Positions 60,140 through 64,000 of a stretch of DNA of 64,000 nucleotides are shown here, in pieces (positions within the stretch are counted from its first letter, which is position 1; each line of letters opens with the position of its first letter). Below the pieces are notes generated by a model. The model worked only from the letters and a program-made list of their open reading frames with translations. It was not told the origin of the DNA and did no database searches. Origin of the DNA: Candidatus Latescibacterota bacterium (GTDB taxonomy: Bacteria > Latescibacterota > UBA2968); NCBI GenBank assembly GCA_965198115.1, contig OZ240241.1:1248001-1312000 (forward strand). The letters run 5' to 3'. Both the position numbers and the translations under genes were made by a program.

Positions 60140-62430
60140 ATGCCTTCATCTCCCCTGATCGCCGGTCTCGACGTCGGGACGACCAACATCAAGGCTCTGA
60201 TCGCCGAGCCTGATGGCACGGTCGTTTCTCTGACGTCACGACCCACCCCTGTGCACCACCCGAGTACCGGGCGAGCGCACTACGAGCCCGAGGAAATCTG
60301 GTCGGCCGTCTGCGACGTCCTCAGGGCTGCCACCTCTACGATCAGCGACACGAGCAGAATCACGGGGATTGCCGTGGCCAGTGTGGGCGAGACCGGTTTT
60401 CCGGTCGATGTGGACGGAAATCCTACACACCACGCTATCGCCTGGTTCGACACGAGGAGTGAGCCGCAGGCAGCGTGGGTCAGAGAGCGGATCGGTTCGG
60501 AACGTATCTATCAGATCTGTCGAATGCCGGTGAAACCGATCTTCGGACTGTGCAAGCTGCTCTGGATTCGGGACAACGCACCGGACGCTTACGCCCGCAC
60601 AACTTCCTGGCTGAACACGGCCGACTACGTGGCGTTCCTACTTTCCGGGGAAAAAGCCTCGGACCCGTCGCTCGCCTCCGAACCCTCCTCTTCGACATCG
60701 CGGCCGGAGATTGGTCATCCTACATCGTAGAGCAAGCCGATCTGCCGTCGGATATTCTCCCGCCGCTTCGGCGGTGCGGAGAGGCGATCGGGAACATCCT
60801 CCCTCGTGTTGCCGAACAGACCGGCCTGCCAACGACCTGCCGCGTGGCCGTGGGGGGGCACGACCACGTCTGCGGCGCACTGTGCGTGGGGGTCGTGGAG
60901 CCCGGGGACGTGCTGAACTCGCTAGGCTGTGACGCCTTGCGATAATTCTCCGCCCAGCTTAAGCTATTCGCAGAATAGGCAGAATCGTTTCAATACGGTT
61001 AACAGTGGAGACCGTTCCCTAATGAGTTGAGGGTCACCTAAGATCTGGCGGCCATGCGACATAGTGCCATAGGAGTACTTACAAGGCGCAACGGCCAAAA
61101 GCGGTTGTCGGACCTACGCCTGATGTCCCTTTCTTTACGCGAACGCGTTTGGCACATTCCGGGGGATCGGGACGCGAAACGCTCTCGACCTCCGACGGGT
61201 CCGCCATCGGCAGCACCGCCAGGGAGACGGCCGATTTTCTACCCCGCTTCGCCATTTTCGGGAAGCACCTTCAAAGCCGCCTTGTCGACAGACGCAAGCT
61301 CTTGTTTTTGAACTGGTTTAAGTGTTTCCGACACCTGAAAAACCCCCCTTTCGTCGACAACGGCCGCGATGCGCCAGTCCGGGACTGAAATTAGGACGGA
61401 TTAGCAAAAGAAACGGGACATGACCGGTCTCCGGTCGGACGGCCACAGGTTTTCCGCACCCCCCTATGCCCGCTGGGACCTGGCCTGGCCACGTCTTGAG
61501 CCTAATCGGTCGAAACGCGCTATTTTCGCGGTTCGAGAGCCTATTTCTCGGGCGTGTGGGAAAATGAAAAGGGCGCGGTCTACATCGGAACGCCCAGAGA
61601 GTTCATCCCCCTTATCTCCGGGTCGTCAGTTCTTGGTGCGTGAGAATGCGAATAGCGTAATCTGGGCGGGAATCTATCGTAAGCCGTAACAGCTAGGCAC
61701 CGCAGAAGCCGTCTTCCTATCGACCCTCGAGCCCATCGACGAACCCGAACTCGGCGATCAGGGCTATAGCGTCGGAGGTCACGTCGCTTGGGACCGGTAT
61801 TATGCTCTGGGTGGCCTCTACTCGTCAGGCGGATGTGTAGATTGGGTATCCTCCCTCCTCGGGGGACTCGACCGGGAAGACTTGCTCGATCGCGCGCAAC
61901 CGGTGCCTCCGGGGAGTCGAGGCGTCACGTTTCTGCCCCATCTCTGGATGTTGAATCCTCCCTACGGTGACGCGCCTTCACGAGCCGCATTCGTCGGTCT
62001 GACGGGAGACACAGATCAGGCGTGTCTGTATCGATCCGTCCTCGAAGGCATCGCTTTCGAGTCGCATCTTTGCCTCAACGGCCTGACACGTGTGGGTCCC
62101 ATCGATCGCATCCTTGCCATCGGGGGATCCACTCGCAATGACCTGCTCATGCAGATCAAGGCGAGCGTCTACGGCGGACCCATCACCGTCGTGAAGACAG
62201 AAGAGGCCGTCGCCCTAGGAGCGGCGATGTTGGGTGGTCTCGGGGCCGGCGTCTATGCCGATATCGAGGATGCGATCAACCAGGTCCGAATCGAAACACG
62301 CAGTGTAGACCCCGACCCTGTGATGGTTCAGCGATATGCCGAACTCTTCGAGCACGTATATACGCACGTGTATCCATCCCTCACGGACTTGAATCGACGT
62401 ATTCACGCGGCACAGAGCGATCCGGGGTAG
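60140..62430 (+). pseudogene. FGGY-family carbohydrate kinase (xylulokinase-like), frameshifted and interrupted
   Basis: GLDVGTTNIK, AWFDTR, GGHDH, NSL|GTAEA, LEGIAF, GGSTR, ALGAA. 1-nt deletion at ~60680 and a 768-bp insert. Confidence 0.92.
60926..61693. mobile_element. non-autonomous element (MITE-like) with ~48-bp TIRs, family unassigned
   Basis: Left end GCTGTGACGCCTTGCGATAATTCTCCGCCCAGCTTAAGCTATTCGCA versus right end (revcomp) GCTGTTACGGCTTACGATAGATTCCCGCCCAGATTACGCTATTCGCA. TAG is duplicated at 60923-60925 and 61694-61696. Excision restores TCG CTA GGC ACC (SLGT). Confidence 0.9.
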
Positions 62431-62496
62431 ACCGATCGGATCAATGATAGGTTGGAAGGTGGGAGAAACTACGGCGGGGGCAGGAAGAGCTACTAA

Positions 62497-63758
62497 GTGC
62501 ATGGTTTCATAAACATTATTACGTATGTCCTGAACATTATTTGTAGCTTATGTTCTCCTTCAAAAGGAGGAGAACAATGCCAAGACGTTCGCCTTATGTG
62601 GTGCTACTGTCTGAGAAGGAACGGGTCGACCTCGAGCGAATGGCTGGACAATATACGTTACCGTATTATCAAGTGATCCGATCGAAAATCGTGCTTCTCG
62701 CCGCCGAGGGATTATCCAACAAGATTATCGCCCAACGGTTGGATGTCCCGCGTCCGATCGTAAGCAAATGGCGTAAGCGCTTTTTCGAAGAGCGTCTTTC
62801 GGGACTCGAAGATAGATCTCGTCCCGGGCGCCCGCCCGGTTTTCCCCCCTCAGGTGGTCGTTCAGATCAAGGCGCTGGCGTGTGAACTACCGAGCGAGAG
62901 CGGGATACCGCTCTCGCGGTTCAGCTGTTCCGAGATTGCCGCCGAGGCAGTGCAAAGGGGCTTCGTTGCCAAGATCAGCGGCGCCACTGTCTGGCGCTGG
63001 TTGAACGAGGACGCGATTCGTCCTTGGTATCATCGCTCCTGGATTTTCCCACGGGACCCGGACTTCCAAACCAAAGCAGGTAGAGTCCTTGATCTGTATC
63101 ACCGCCAATGGCAAGGAAAGCCTTTAGGGCCGAGGGAATATGTACTTTCTGCCGACGAAAAGACCAGTATTCAAGCACGAGCTCGCAAGCACGTTACCCT
63201 ACCGCCAGCCTCGAACAGAGCGGCACGCGTTGAAACACGAATACGAGCGGAAAGGAGCCCTGGCCTATCTGGCTGCTCTCGACGTGCACAATGGTCGAAT
63301 CTTCGGTCTCTGTGAGTCTTCTTCGGGTATCGAGCCCTTCAACCGGCTCCTGAGCCTGATCATGAGCCGGAAACCCTATTGCTCGGCAAAGAAAGTCTAC
63401 CTCATCGTGGATAATGGCTCCTCGCACCGAGGGCAAACATGCATCGACCGTATCCAGGGGAAGTGGCCAAACATCCACCCCGTTCACCTTCCGATCCACG
63501 CAAGCTGGCTCAATCAGATCGAGATCTACTTCTCGATCCTCAAACGCAAGGCTCTGACACCTATCGAATTTGCATCGCTCGAAGAGCTTGAGGCAAGAAT
63601 CCTCGGTTTTCAGGAACGCTACGGACGTATCGCCACACCCTTCAAATGGAAGTTCACACGAACAGATCTCGCGGAGATGATCGACAAACTCAGGTTCTAC
63701 GATACGCCCTTGGCAAAGTCTGCTTAGAATACGTCACCGTATTTGAGAACAGGAGTAC
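62497..63758 (+). mobile_element. IS630-family insertion sequence
   Basis: TAA|GTGCA...GTAC|TAA ends, weak TIRs sharing ACGTAT, and an HTH + DDE transposase inside. Confidence 0.85.
62577..63727 (+). pseudogene. IS630 transposase: probable programmed frameshift at TTTTTCCCCC (~62840) plus an extra 1-nt insertion (~63235)
   Basis: RSKIVLLAAEG...WRKRF...RPGRP, then SADEKT, then HEYERKG...VDNGSSH...HASWLNQIEIYF, in three separate ORFs. Confidence 0.88.
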
Positions 63759-64000
63759 TAAGGTGGTCAGATTGGGGCAGTCATCCCGGTTGTGTGTTGA
63801 GCCAGGATCCGGGTCCCTCTTGCCAGATCCATAGTGACCAAAAATGGGCCCCGGCTAAGAAGCGTACCGGGGTGACAATGCTTCAGCGCGGGCTCTGATT
63901 TGCGACTAGCATTGAGTCAGTCGTAGAAGTGTCAACATAGGCCCGTTATCGGAGCAGGCTCCCAAGAAATTGGGACAATGCTTTGCATAACCATTTTCTG

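Noticed and set aside
112-63834. Numerous long antisense or alternate-frame ORFs (e.g. 5601-6665, 7678-8748, 25603-26679, 58863-60068)
   Set aside because: They are shadows of well-supported genes in GC-rich DNA and carry no family motifs.

Overview
GC-rich bacterial chromosomal segment. A cohesin-like protein with a FlgD-Ig/NPFNP tail, a DUF5916 barrel, a CehA/McbA hydrolase and an MFS expansion suggest an FCB-related lineage such as Ca. Latescibacterota; this is inference only. The window holds a sigma54-type hsp20-dnaJ-clpB operon followed by pyk and a TamA/BamA gene, and a lysine riboswitch upstream of asd. It also holds an orphan sigma54 flgC next to a 24-bp x4 tandem repeat, purN-purC-mreB-mreC, galU, pcm, a ccsA-sirC-hemA-hemC-cobA/hemD operon, anmK plus envelope genes, several catabolic enzymes, three tandem MFS paralogues, ggt, argE and an FGGY kinase. 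Seven mobile elements could be delimited: two different IS256, two near-identical ISL3, an IS200 (interrupted by one of the IS256), an IS630, and a 768-bp transposase-less element with ~48-bp TIRs. All three signalling genes in the window are broken. Intergenic DNA at 42-60 kb is a mosaic of REP-like palindromes and 7- to 10-nt tandem repeats. I found no CRISPR array, rRNA, tRNA, retron, DGR or recognisable defence system, and no single clear-cut new multi-gene system. The best leads are the unassigned non-autonomous element, the two sigma54 regulatory modules, the riboswitch platform and the repeat families.
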